DNA of 64,000 bases from NCBI GenBank assembly GCA_044892525.1, contig CM097886.1, forward strand, positions 14,570,001-14,634,000. Reading direction: 5' to 3'. Below, in pieces: positions 48,645-62,309 of the stretch (the first letter of the stretch is position 1; the number at the start of each line of letters is the position of its first letter). The stretch comes from Schmidtea polychroa (Eukaryota). The translations under genes were made by a program, and so were the position numbers. Below the pieces are notes generated by a model. That model was not told the DNA's origin and ran no database searches. It saw nothing but the letters and a program-made list of their open reading frames with translations.

Positions 48645-50304
48645 TGTTGGTTACTTAGGGGTGTGCCCTTTTTACAATTTAAAATACGTTAGGGGTAATC
48701 ATAATCGTTCGACTCTTTCCTAAGCACCTCCATGACTATTGCAATTTAAACCATTTGTGTACCCATGGCGACGACCATGTTGGTACTGTACACAAAGGTG
48801 AAAAAACAATGAGCAGGTGAGCTCTATTACTAAAACTACTCCCCATTGGATTTTCTTTTCGGGTTCTAGACTGCCGATAGAAGGTCTTACGTCCTTATCC
48901 ACTATATATGCTATTTTTGGATCGATGTTGGTCCTCAATTACGGGTATTTTTAATTGTTCTCTTATAAAATTTTGTGCAGGGATCCGTCCTTATTTCCCA
49001 GCTAGTAATTATTGTTCTACACTTCCTACAATATTTAAATTATCCTTTGAAAAATTTGCGCAGGGATTGGCCCTTATTTTCAAGTTAATCCACACTTGCC
49101 ATGATATTTAAATTGTTCTTCAAAGATTTTGAGCAGGGATCTGCCTGTGTTTCTAATCCTGAGCTGTCGGAAAAATTACATAAATCTAACTTTATCCATC
49201 TTCAACTGGTCTCAACTATTCCATCTTTACTCCTAACTCACTTATGTCTATAAAACATAAAGGTGACTAAGCCACCTACATTATCTAAATCTAAATAAAA
49301 TCCTAAACGACCTAAAATGACATTACACTCCCAAATCATTCCTATCACTATCACTGTCCTCTAACTCGATGGACTCAACCGGCGAAATATCTGCCGACCA
49401 ACAGCACGTAGTGCCGCCCGTCCACAAACTTTTCCCCAGCCCAGACCATCGACACAATCAACAAATCATATAATTGAATTCAATAAAACTATGAATTAGA
49501 ATAAATGAATTTAAACCATTAAAAAGGATCACAAAAAAAAATTGAACCGAGACATTTATTAATTAAATTTATTAATTAAAATACTTCATAAAAATTACAG
49601 AAAACAATAACAAATAAATTACCACATCCACGTTGGCATAAAATCGAAACTGAGAGTTCTGCAAATTAAGTGGCTATGTTGAAAAAAGAGAGAGAGAGAG
49701 AGTTTTTCAATTGAATTTGTGATCAGTATTTATACTGATTTTGAATGCGTACTCTATCCAATCAGAGTGCGAGAATTATTGAATTGATTTTGCACACATG
49801 CATGAATGTGTGTAATTATTTATTTGTTTTAATTTCATAAATTTAATTAATTTCTTATTTAATTTTTATTAATTTTAATTTTACAAATTTTATAATTTAA
49901 CTAATTTGAGTTATATTAATTTTTATTAATTTAAACATTTTTATTCTTTAAATTTAATAAGTTAAATAACCATTTAATTCTATAAACTTTACAATTTACA
50001 TAATGCTAATTAATTTTATTATTTTTGACGATTTAATTTTTATATTATTTAAATAATTTTCAACTAATTCCATTTTCTATTTTATTATTTTTCTATTTAA
50101 ATTTTTAAGTGTTGAATTTTCTGTTAAATTTATTTATCTCTTTATTCTATTATACGGGGTTTATTGATTCTTAATGTGTAATGTAGTTTATTTTATTTAT
50201 TTTAAATTAAACCTTGGTCATAAATTTTTTCAACTTTGCGGTTTTTGTGTTAGGTATTTTCGATCGATTAAAACAAACTCTCAGTTCTCGTTTTCAACCC
50301 AACA
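48645..50304 (-). repeat. 3' LTR (1,660 bp)
   Basis: TGTTGG...CCCAACA; near-identical to 62,310-63,975. Confidence 0.95.
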
Positions 50305-50529
50305 AATCACTCCGGGACCCGTTAAAATTGCGTCCCGCAATTCTGTTAGACATATGAATTTCGCAGATCATAGTCTATTACATTTCCATTAACCCATAAA
50401 CATACTATAACAGTTTAAGACATGTTAAAATTGAATTATCAGAAAAAGGTCTAAGCTAAAATTCAAGCAGTTGCCACGTACAGTGACTGGTCATAATACA
50501 CATACATACTTATACCATGTCCAAACTCA

Positions 50530-53002
50530 AGTCAAGTCACATGCAACAGTTTTATTTCTGGATCAATTCTTCAGTTGGTTGTTTCTTCTCGTTTCTGGGT
50601 TCGGTTTTCAATCTTTCGGCACGGTTTTGTAGGCATGTTTGACTCCTGTTGTTGATTTTCATAATTAGCTCGTAATACTTACCGAAGATCATAGGATTCT
50701 TCCTATCGGGGTTTGACTGTTTTCCCATATTCTCTTTGGATTTTTAGGTTGGGATTCTGATTTTCTGGATCATTTGATGGTATTGACGGACCTTGCTCCA
50801 GGGTTTTCGGAACTTTTGTTCAACTGGGTGATTTGACACATTGATTTTTCTTTTGGTTTTTCTTGGGTGGTTTCGTTTACGGTATTGCTCTTATTAAGGG
50901 GTTTTCTTCCGCTAGTGGGTAACTTGAATTATTTTCGATTTTGGTCTAAGTTCGCTTGATTTGATTAAGTTTCTAATGTCACTGGGTCTGTGACTTTCGT
51001 CTCATTTATCAGGATCTTTTACCGTTCTTTGTTTAGGGGTTCCAAATTAGGTATTATTTTTAGATATTCGTTTAACTCATTCTTTCTAGGTTTGCATCTT
51101 TATCTTTCTTCTGGATTTATATTCTTTCTTCTCATTTGAGCCTCTGTTCTCCTTTACCATTGTAAGGGTTCAAATTTTGTATTTTTCCCAACTGATTACT
51201 TGATCCACTTCTATTTATACATCGATCTTTTGCCACATTATACATCAATTTATACCTATACATCTAGTACATTTAGTTTGCTATTTATACATCAATTTTT
51301 ACATATGTTCACTTCCTTTTTACTATTTTGATCTACACTCCCTCTTTAATTTCCACTACATCCTTTGGACTACCCTTCTGCTTTTCCTTGGCTGTCATCA
51401 TTTGTGTCTCTTCTGCCATATCTTTACATTTTTCTTGATTACTCGTTATTTCATTGATTCTTAATTCGGCTGACCTTGCTTCTTCTTTTAGTCGGAGTAT
51501 CGTTGTTTTTTGTACTTCAGTTTCTTTGTTTTGTTTTCGGCAACTTGTCCCCATATCATTATCAATTCATCCTGTCTTTTTTCTTTCATCACAAATTCTT
51601 TTATTATGTTACCTTGTTCTATACATTGTCTTCTCAATTCTTTGGATACGTTGAGTTTTACATGTTTCTTCCCTTCTACGTACGGTTGTCGACTGTTATT
51701 TTATTGACATTGGAGGTTGACAATTTTTTCTCTCCGACTGTTGGATTCTTTTCTCAGTGCGTATTTGCTTGGTTGGTTCTTCGGTACTTCTCCGTGATTG
51801 ATTTTTCTCTGGATTTCACATTCGGACCGTTGTTAATTACGTGTCCTGTTCTTTTACATTCGTTTTTACACTTTTTTTTTTTTTTTTTTTTTTACGACGA
51901 CATTTCTTCTCGCAATGCCTCATTCTCTGACAATTCCAACCGGTCATTTTCAAAGAACAATTACGCTCATTGTGTCCTCGCAGCTGGCCTTGGTTACAGT
52001 ACTGTTTTACTTTATTTTCGATATTTGGTTCAATCTCATTTTCATTTTTTTACCGTTCTTCTGTCACGATGTTTTCATTATTTTCACCATTTCGATTCTC
52101 GTAGACTTCGTTGGTCTTCGATTTGTGGCAATATCTTCTGTTGACTGCTCTCATGCGATTCTCTTGGATTGCTGTAATATCAGCCTAATTTTCCGTATTT
52201 TTATTATTTCTCCGATTGTTCTCAATGATTCTGATATTTTGATGGTCCAATGTTACATTTTCTATTCTTTCGATTGTTTCACTTTCCACTCTTGAGTCCA
52301 GAGTTCTTTGTAATTCCCGTTTGTTGCTCGGTACCACTTTCATCATATTGATTTGTATAACTGTTCTTTGTTGTCTTTCACACATTTCTTCTATCTTTTC
52401 TCTCTGGCTGTCAATGATATCAACTCTCAACAGTTCTTCCTTTCTCCTCCTCCAATACTCTTCTTCACTTTTTGCCTGAAGTTCTTTTCGTCTACTCCAT
52501 CTTTCTTCTGCTTCTCGTGCCTTTGTGATCTGTCAGGTGTTTCATCCTTGTTGTTGTTTGGTTGGGTTGTTTTCAATTTGTGATCTGCTTCCAAATATTG
52601 TAATACATTTATTCTTGGAGGTTGCTTTCTTTCTATTTCAGATTGATACTTGATTATGTTACTGCATAGTTTCGACGGATGGTTGTCTGATTTTGCATCT
52701 CATCTAGCTTGTTCGCTCATATATCCATATTATCTCTCCATCGTTGGTTTCTTTCTTTAGTTAGGTTTCAGTGTCTTTTACTAGTTCTGCTTTTACATTA
52801 TTTCCTCTTTCATGAAGTTCCACTGGCGTTTTAAACTTTTCGACTGACTGTTTTACAATTCCTTTTGCCACTCTATTTTGAGGGTCAACTTTCCGTTTTT
52901 GAGATGCCGCTTTGATTTCTCCTTTTCACTCTCTTACGTTTGCTTGAATTTGATTGTTCGTTTTCCTTTCTTTGCAGCTTTCATTTCTTCTTGGTTTGAC
53001 AT
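50530..53002 (-). pseudogene. Stop-riddled coiled-coil/gag-protease-like relic
   Basis: Long charged frames from ATG ~53,002; FEPLQW.RRTEAQMRRK, decayed knuckle (C..NHPVEQ), MKINNRSQTCL. Confidence 0.45.
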
Positions 53003-54566
53003 ACTTGGTTCTATTATCGATTGACTTAATGATTTGGTGTTGAATTCTGGTTGATTGTTGATACTTGGCTGTTATCTTGATTGATTGATTTACCTTACTA
53101 GAAAAATATCACTCCTCCTTACCGTTTATTATCTTTATAAATTATAATTTATATATTATATAACATAATTGCAATATTTTTGTTTTAGTTTCCTTGGGCA
53201 TCTCTTAATATTTGTTCCCTCGTTCCCTTAGTTTACACCTTTATTCTCATGGTCTACTTAATTTTCTCAATCCTTATTTATTTTAATTCGTGTTCCTTTT
53301 CCTCGTTTCTATGGTTTTCTTGGCTTCGAATGACTATCTCTCGATCTATTAACTTGTATTACCTCTTAGTTTTTCTTCATTACTATGGTACTTGTTCTGT
53401 TCTCGGTTGTTTCAGTTTTAATCATTTCTCGAGTTTACTATAACGGTTACCCTTTATATTTCCTCCTTTCATTAACTATTATTGTTATCGTTGCCGTTTT
53501 TCTTGACTTAGTTCATTGTTTTACTTAGCGGTTTCTCTTCTTAAGTTTGAAACTATATTCACAGTTGTACTTGTATTGCCTCTCATCTGTACTTGACTCA
53601 GTCCTTGTCATTTCTATAACTCATTCTTAACTAGAATTTCCATTATTCTCCTTATATTCTCATTCATTCTCTCTTACCCGATTATCTAATATCAATTCAT
53701 TTCTTGTCATTTCTACTAATATATCAAAATTTACCAATCTTATCATTCCTTAACTTGCCACTCTTTACCTTACAAATTTATAACTCGTTCGTTTCTGCAT
53801 TCAAAACAATCAACTGAAACAAAATTCTTATCCCATTGGTCTCCGCTTTCGAGACTTATTAGAAATTCTTAATTTCCACGTTTCTACTTTTGAAACTTCA
53901 AAAATCATTATCTGGTCCGCTTCTACTTTTGAAACTTCCGAATGATGTACAATTCCTATTTCGTCGGTTGTGAATAACCATAATCCTAAATTTTCGTCGA
54001 TGTTGAATTATCTATGTGGTCGTATCAATTATCTATAGGGTCGTATCAATTATCTATAATTATCAATTATAATATCAATTGGTCGTTGTCCATTGCTGCT
54101 AATTACCCCTCCTCATTTTCCTAGTATACTTTTGCGCAATTTCGCCATTTTACTTATCCTTTTATATCTAAGTCACCTATTACTCTTTACTCGGTTCTAC
54201 TCTGGAACCAAAAACAAGATTCGTTTATCCGGTTTAAACCAAAAAAAAATTCTGTAGCACCTTGTCTACTTACCTGGGATCCCCTTTAATTAGTTAATTT
54301 TTTTTTTCCTCTTTTACTCATCATCTATTCACACTTATTCTTTATTTTCATTATCTCCTTAATTCATTTTCCTTTTTTCTCTTCCTTTTCCACTATAATC
54401 TTATTATCTTTTCTACGAGCTCGTTTATTTCCTCTCTAAATTCAAATTCCCATATGTAATTCCAATTCGTTTCTAGCTAGCTTTAATATTCTATCTTACC
54501 GTAACTTTAGCTTCGATATGTTATCTCATTGTAGCTTAACTGCTATCTCTCGCTTTTCTAGGCCTT

Positions 54567-55012
54567 TATGACTGGCTGGCACTATTCAACAGCTCAATCT
54601 TCTTCCTTCTGACCGGTTGGACTATTCGACAACTCGATCTTACGACTGGCTGGCACTATTCAACAGCTCAATCTTCTTCCTTCTGACCGGTTGGACTATT
54701 CGACAACTCGATCTTACGACTGGCTGGCACTATTCAACAGCTCAATCTTCTTCCTTCTGATCGGTTGGACTATTCGACAACTCGATCTTACGACTGGCTG
54801 GCACTATTCAACAGCTCAATCTTCTTCCTTCTGATCGGTTGGACTATTCGACAACTCGATCTTACGACTAGCTGGCACTATTCAACAGCTCAATCTTCTT
54901 CCTTCTGATCGGTTGGACTATTCGACAACTCGATCTTACGACTGGCTGGCACTATTCAACAGCTCAATCTTCTTCCTTCTGATCGGTTGGACTATTCGAC
55001 AACTCGATCTTA
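54567..55012. repeat. Six tandem 74-bp units
   Basis: ACTGGC (ACTAGC in unit 5) recurs at 54,571, 54,645, 54,719, 54,793, 54,867 and 54,941. Confidence 0.97.
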
Positions 55013-55175
55013 ATAATCCCTAACATTTATGTTTTATTCTCCATTTCTCCGTTTGTCCTAGGCTCACTATTTTTGTTGTCTTTCCTTTAGTTACTGTGCA
55101 CTTTCTAAACGTTTATCCCCCTGCATGCCTGTTTTTTACTGCTCTTACGGGTTTTCCTCACTCCCCTGACTCCGG

Positions 55176-55389
55176 ATTCGCATCTATTATTTGCATCTAT
55201 TATTCGCATCTATTATTCGCATCTATTATTCGTATCTATTATTCGCATCTAGTATTCGCATCTATTATTCGCATCTAGTATTCGCATCTATTATTCGCAT
55301 CTATTATTCGCATCTATTATTCGCATCTAGTATTCGCATCTATTATTCGCATCTATTATTCGCATCAATTATTCGCATCTATTATTCGC
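55176..55389. repeat. 13-bp minisatellite (ATTCGCATCTATT) x ~16
   Basis: Read directly; explains ORFs 55,096-55,460. Confidence 0.97.
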
Positions 55390-57984
55390 TTTCCTTTGAC
55401 TGTCCTTGTCCCTATCATTCTGCCTACCGGTTATCTATCAATTTAGTCTTTAAGCTCTAATTGTTTCTCTTTACTTCGCTCTCTCTTTTCCCATTTACTT
55501 GGTCTTCTTTTTATTTCTCCTACATGCTTCTTTTTACTGCTCTTCCAGGTTTTCCCTACTCTCCTGACTCCGGATGCGAAACACTCGCACTGGTCGATCT
55601 CCGATCGTGTGGTGATCAGTCACACGCAGAGATGTTCCAGTATATGCGATGGGCCCTGTTCCACATCTTTCGTCAGGACAGTTGGTACTTTCCTGGGCCT
55701 TATCCGTACTACGCTGAGCGTAGCTCATAGGTTGTGGATTTCCTAAATCTTAACAGGGAAAAAAAATTTTTTCCTTATTCATTTGCTCCCAATTTTCGTA
55801 ATACTTTATTCTCGTTTTTACGCAGTGCTCTTAATCTACTTATCTCGATTACTCTTGGTCCTTTTTCATTATTCTAAATATATTCACGTCTCTTGTCTAG
55901 TTAACGTCTTATTGCTATCGCTTTTACTCTTACCGCTTCGGTTGACTTGTTTCTCGTTAATATGTTCACTATTTCCTCAGGCAGATCCCTCTCGCATTAT
56001 TTGTTAATATTAGTTTATCCATTTTATTCGTTACCCTTCTATTCGTTAATGATTTATTTACGAAACATCCCTGCTCAATTTTGTAATTTATCGCTTCCGT
56101 ATTTGTATATTTTCCTCAGCTTTGATTTTTTATGTTACCTCTCACTGATTTCCCCGTCATAATGTTTCTCATTTCGTATATTTTACGTTTTCAAAATTTG
56201 TTTGTTGTTTTTCTGTTTATGGGCCTCTTTGTTCCACTCCCTATATTTTAGGTTTTTAACTTATTTCCGCGTCTATTTGATATTTTACTTTTGGCGCGTA
56301 ACTTTGATTGGTCATTTATTTTCATTATCTCATTTAATTGTTTATCTATGTCTACATATACACGCATATACTTATACATATACCCTTATCCATAAACATA
56401 TATTCATATACTCATATCCACCTATATCTGGATATCTACATCTGTACGCATTTCTCCCTAGCTGTTCGTGGAGTGGTTGATATTATTGCATTTATCGTTT
56501 CTGAATTTATTCAATCTCACAATTGCAACTTTTTGTTTCGTAATAAAAGTGGACAGTTCGTTCGTTTTCATTATTGTAACTTTTTGTTCCGTCGTAAAAG
56601 TAGGCAGTATGTTCGTTTTCCATAACTAAAACTTTTGTTCCATGTTTCTAATTGGTCTCATTTTTGTTAGTATCTCTCGTTATTTTAATTTTCCGTGTCA
56701 TGATGTTAAGCTTTCACTTTTGTTCTATTATAATGTATCGCGTTTCATTTTATATTTGTTGTTTCTCGTAATTTTGATTTTTCATTCAAATGTCTTTGCC
56801 CTTGCTTTCTTTCTGTGAATTTGTTACTTGTTGTTTTCTGTTTGTTCATTTCGTTTTGTGTTTTCCTTGTCATTTTTATTGTGTTTATTTGTTCACATTC
56901 TATTTCGTTATATGTGCGCTCTTCATTTTCTGTCCATCATGTTTTTGTATAATTTTCCCGATTGTTCCTATTACTACTCATGTCCATTTTGACTTTCATC
57001 TTGATCTGCCGTTTGTTGTTGTCCTAGTTTGATCTCATTTTTCCTCCGCGTCTTCGCAAAATGTCGTCCCCGACATTCATTATTTTATTTATTATTATGT
57101 GTTCTCTCGGTTCTCAGTATTTTGTTCTCGTGTCCTCTCTACCATATTTTCTAAACGTCCATTTTCTCTGATTAATTTTCCTTATTCTTAAATAAGTGTA
57201 GATTTTAATATTTTTTGATTTTCGCATTATTTTATCTTTGTTTATGGTGATCGGTCCTCTACTTTTATTATATATCATTTTTGGTTGGGGTGTATACACC
57301 GATATATGCGATTATTTATATACAATTAGTCCTCTTTTTGGCACTCAGTTCTGCCATTACCGTCTCTTTTCCATGTTATGACCCTGCTGATAGTTCGTTG
57401 TTTTTCCTCCTTTACGCAAAATACGGATACGGTGTTCTTCTGATCATTCCACCTCCCCTCGGAATATTTTACTCATCATCTTATAACCATTTTCAATGAA
57501 TACTATGCTGGATTTGTTATAACTATTTGTACTTCATCTTCAGCTCCCTGCGTTTTCGTTTTCCCGTTTCCTTTTCCCGTCTGATATTCTCCGTTACATT
57601 CTGACCATATCTTTCTCTCTTTGTTTTCCTCAGTTTTCTTAGTAGTTCATTTCTTGCATTCGGCTTTATCATTAGAGTCGTTCCATTTCTCTTTACTTTA
57701 GTTCAATTTTTCCTCTCTGATCCTTGATTATTCTCTCATGAACAAATTCATTATTCAAATTTTCGATTAGATTGTTCCTCCATGAGATTCCTTACTTCTG
57801 TATAGCTAATGCTATTTACGATAATATGACGCTTTTCTGCTTCCATATTTCTCCTGTGGTGGTATTGGGATTGATTTCCATTGTGATCCATTTCATTCTA
57901 TTAATTCACCTATATTGATTCATAATCTTTTATCTGAATTTTATTTCATTTTACTTCCCGAAGTTATATACTAATTATACCGCG

Positions 57985-57987
<3 letters not shown>

Positions 57988-58030
<43 letters not shown>
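57988..58030. repeat. (TA)n microsatellite
   Basis: Read directly; shorter TA runs at ~5,825, ~14,703 and ~17,126. Confidence 0.95.
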
Positions 58031-58032
<2 letters not shown>

Positions 58033-58931
58033 ATCATATACCTTTATATATTCATTGTTCACACTATATATAGTCATCACCCTTTCTATGTATGTGGGTT
58101 CGTAATTCGTGATACTTGCTAGATCTCTCCCCACTGTTCTTAGTTTAGTGTTCTGTACTCTTTCATTTACTGTATATTTCACCCGTCTGGTTCTAATTGT
58201 TTCCAATTCTCTATCGTTGACGTTGGATAATTTTTCATACTTTTTTCCGGTTATTAATATGAGCATCGTACGTATAACTGTCTTGTATATTCATATTACT
58301 TTGGCTAACCTTAGGCTTCCTGGTTTCTTTCGCTGGATCATTTTCGTTGATACCTATCATGTTATTCTCGTATCTTGTATATTTACTTTCATTGATTTCT
58401 CTCTATACTTTGTCAATCTCCCGAGTCGTTTTACATAAGTTTTAGAATTCATTTTCTACGTACCCTGGGTGTCTGTGATGTTCGCCTATTTTGCAAAGTT
58501 TTTCACTGCCTTTTAACTTAGTTCTCGTGCCTTTGTCACGAAGATTTTATTTCGATTTGTTTTTGCTCTATTTTTGTACCGTGATTTTATTTTTTCGCAG
58601 TTATTCTCGATTGTCTTTGGTTCAGATTTATTCTTCGAGTTACCAGCAAGCTTAGTTCTTGTTTTTGTTCTTTTACTTAACGCTTTTGTTCATTTTGTTC
58701 ATTTCTATTCGTGATGTTTCGATGTCTTTTCTTGTCTTTACTTTCTTTTACTTTCAGTAGAATCTGTTGACTCGCTCGGTTTCGTCTGGTAAACTCATCT
58801 CTTTATCTATAATGTTGTTCGTCTCAGATTCACATTTGCAGAAGCTAAGACATGGTTATCATTTGCTTTATTTATCGTTTGGTACTTTGTTATCTGTCGA
58901 GTTTTATCGTATTTTTCATTTGGATGTTTAT

Positions 58932-59168
58932 TCAATCGTTTTTATGGTTTGGTCTTTCCATTTTACCGATGCATTTAACATCCTTGGGTACTCTACCCTT
59001 GGGTTGGTATGCGTAGAAGGTATTACCTGTAGAGTATAATTGGTTTAAATAGTCCTTATCATACACTGTATGTATCGACAACTCAATACCAGAATCATAT
59101 ATAGCTTGCTTTTTCCTAAACCCCCTAATCCATACATTCTTATATATCATTTGCATATAATCATTCAT
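58932..59168 (-). pseudogene. Retropepsin-like protease relic
   Basis: WIRGFRKKQAIYDSGIELSI (D-S-G motif). Confidence 0.5.
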
Positions 59169-60354
59169 ACCATTACATATTCATTTATCAGTATATTCTC
59201 AAAAAGTTATCCTTCTAAAGCCGCTATCATTCCCTCGGTTTATCCATTCACTAATCAACGTAATAACAATTAACATTTAATAATTCATTGACATAAATAT
59301 TATCAAGAGCCTGCATAACCAATCCTCAACCAATTGCTGGCCCATCATTCAACCATTCAACCAAACAAGGACACATTATCAAGGAGAAGACTTATTTATT
59401 TTCATAAAATTAGCTTATCTTACTTATCCTATTGTCAAACCTTGAATTTACTGAAATCCGGATGTAACGATATTCATACATTATTCTTTTGTTCTGGGCG
59501 TATCCAACCATTTTTAGCAAAGAACATTCCGTCTATCTTCGAAATAGAGTAATTTTGTCGAAACCAATTAATTACGATTTGCTACTTCGTATGATTTATA
59601 ATTTCCTAATAAATTCCTATATGCACTGCTAGCAATGTCCTCAAAACAGATTATTAATTCCATACACACGATAATTGATTTTTGATTACGCCTAAGATTT
59701 ATTTGCAAACCACAGCCTGTAACACAATATCATGATTTTATAGGAGTCAATAATGCACAATTCGATCAAGCTCCAATCACGAGCACTCGATGTATAGAAG
59801 CGTGTCAATTAAAATCATTGTCAAGATGCGCACCAACCGAAATATATTTGTAAAAACTTATAGTTGCAAGTGTCTTGTCTTACCAGTGTATCTACATGCT
59901 CTTCGGGTGTACGATTTCGCCCGCCCTTCGTCTTTACTATCATCATAATTTGTAAATAATCACACCGACCGGTAACCGATCACAATCGAATGGGTACTGA
60001 TTTGGGTTTTTATAATATAGACCTTAGTTTGCCTATAATAAATGTGCGTATGAATTAGCAATGTGAGATTAAATTGGCAATTATATTATACAACAATAGG
60101 AAACAAAATCGATGTTAATAATATATATATTATAAACAAGCACACACAAACACGGCTCGCAAGACACATGCAACAGGATATTGATCCAACAAGGGTATTT
60201 AATCAGCTGAAATTTTCCAATTTAAAATTAACAACAAAAATTGACGAGGATGTTTGTAACCTCATCAGAATCGCCTATTTCGTTTCGAGAATTTCGTAGC
60301 CAAATGTGTAAGCTTTTCATTTAAACTTGAGACATTTTATAAAATCTATATGGA

Positions 60355-60480
60355 ATGGCCATTGCTGACAACGAAAGAATCATCAAATCCATGGCGGATG
60401 GCCATAATTATCACGAATCAGGCCACATTCTCGGAATCCAACGGAATACAATAATCGGCACCATAAATAAAATTTACTAA
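60355..60480 (+). pseudogene. Tc1-like transposase N-terminal HTH relic
   Basis: MAIADNERIIKSMADGHNYHESGHILGIQRNTIIGTINK. Confidence 0.4.
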
Positions 60481-62284
60481 CATTTTTAGAATAGAAATTT
60501 CACTGCAGTTGTTTAGGACACTTGTGATATTTTATTACAGACAAGGCAGACAAACATATAGAGTCAAGTCAATAACACTAAGACGCATAAATCAACACTA
60601 CTTATACAACACACGAATTTATAATGGAATATTTCACGCATATATAAAAAAAAAATTTTGAAATTACCACTATCCTGAGATTAATAACACCAAATAAAAT
60701 TGATGGTTCTGAGAAGTGGACATGATTTATTAATACATTGATTATCCCATTACCGACTAACAATAATTATTTAAGTGCATATAAATTTATATACAAGTAC
60801 AAAATGCTATAGTAACATAATTAATAATCATTTCCATACCTGCAAATTTGACAATTTTCTGTTTTATTTTAACCAATTAAATCAAAAATAGAAAGCCATA
60901 CATAATTTTATTAAAAACTGAATTTTAAAATACTTATAAAACATACTTGATTTAATTAGTAAAGTCCATAAAATCAATAAAAATATATATAACCATTCCA
61001 CCTATACTGTACTGAAAAATCGCTCAAAGTTTTATTCGACATCGACAAAAACAACGAAACGAACCGAGAGAAAATCACCATGAATCGAAGAACTAATCAA
61101 ATTTCCAGCATCATTTTCAAAAGTAAATATTCGAATCATTATTCCAATTGATAGACATATTAACATCAATAAAAACAAATTCCATTTTCGTTTTGTAAAT
61201 CTCATAAAATTTCAATTTCATCTGAACACTACAGCAAAAATCCAAATCCACAAGAAATGAAACCTAAAATCAAGAAATAAATAATTGTTACACATCGCGT
61301 TTCTGATTGGCTGACTTTCATAAACGTAAATCATCCATACCTGTACATTGCATCCAAATCTCGCACCAACTTTCGAGCACACATCACAACTGACACTCTC
61401 AAATCATTAGCGTTCACAACGCCATCTCCACTCAACCATAAAACGTTTAAGTACCGTACCTACGTCAATCATTCTCCACTCACCCTCACCACCGATACAC
61501 AATTTCCATACAATATTGCTCAAATGCGTGTCTGAACACGCCCTTGAGTTGAATTGCGCGTTGCGCATCACTGCGTTTCCTCGTTGAAACCAGTTCAGAA
61601 AAAGTTAAAACTATGAAAATGGGTAAAATCTTGTCTGAACATGTCGGTGTCTCCAAAGTTGGTTATAATACCATGAAGCATGTGTAGACTTGTCAGATAG
61701 AATGCTTTGAATAATAGATCGGTAAATAGATCAAAAAGTTTTCGGAAAAACTGAATAGTTGAAAAGTAGTACAAATTGTGTATTCCATTTTCGTTTTGGG
61801 AGCAAAATTTTATCCGATGAATAATATTATTGTAATCTGGCTCTATAATTGTGTAGTTAATGATTAATTCATTTTATGTGCAATAGCATTGATAACGTTA
61901 AATGAACACTATGGCCAGATTATTCAATTTGTATTTATTTGTTCGCACAGATGTTGGATGAATAAATATTTTTAAATAACTATTGCAGACCGAGTAGTGA
62001 TTATTATTATTATTATCATTATTATATGAATGTTGATTATAATAAGTTTAAATCAAATAAATATAAAGAAATAATAAACATAGCGCCAATTTGTAAATCA
62101 TAACAAATTTTTCTTAAAACTGGTAAAATTTACTATTAATTTTTTAGAAAATGATTATTATTATATTTTATTTTCATTTGTTAGAATCTTATTAATTTCA
62201 AATTAATATTGTCATTGCATTACATTTTGCTTCAAATTTGTGTTCATTCTCCCATTCATTGTGTACGTTTTGTATTTTCAAGTA

Positions 62285-62302
62285 ATCCCGGCTGAGCCCC
62301 CA
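62285..62302 (-). promoter_or_regulatory. Primer-binding site, tRNA-Pro-like
   Basis: TGGGGGCTCAGCCGGGAT, 7 nt from the LTR; resembles the canonical Pro PBS TGGGGGCTCGTCCGGGAT. Confidence 0.85.
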
Positions 62303-62309
62303 AAAATCA

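Noticed and set aside
48720-48938. Duplicated 72-aa ORF (also 62,385-62,603)
   Set aside because: Lies within the LTR; the duplication is explained by the LTR and there is no protein motif
50530-53002. Stop-codon reassignment suggested by long frames with many in-frame stops
   Set aside because: Stops are a mix of TAA, TAG and TGA with frameshifts; elsewhere a TAG replaces a conserved Trp (integrase) and the intact ORFs use standard stops
54567-55012. CRISPR-like repeat/spacer look
   Set aside because: The linkers are identical between units, there are no cas genes, and the context is eukaryotic
55096-55460. Repetitive-protein ORFs (FASIIRIYYSHL repeats)
   Set aside because: Translation of a 13-bp non-triplet minisatellite
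51454-59039. Many Phe/Leu/Ile-rich + strand ORFs (also 34,856-35,242)
   Set aside because: Antisense shadows of purine-rich minus-strand sequence or T-rich LTR arms; not membrane proteins
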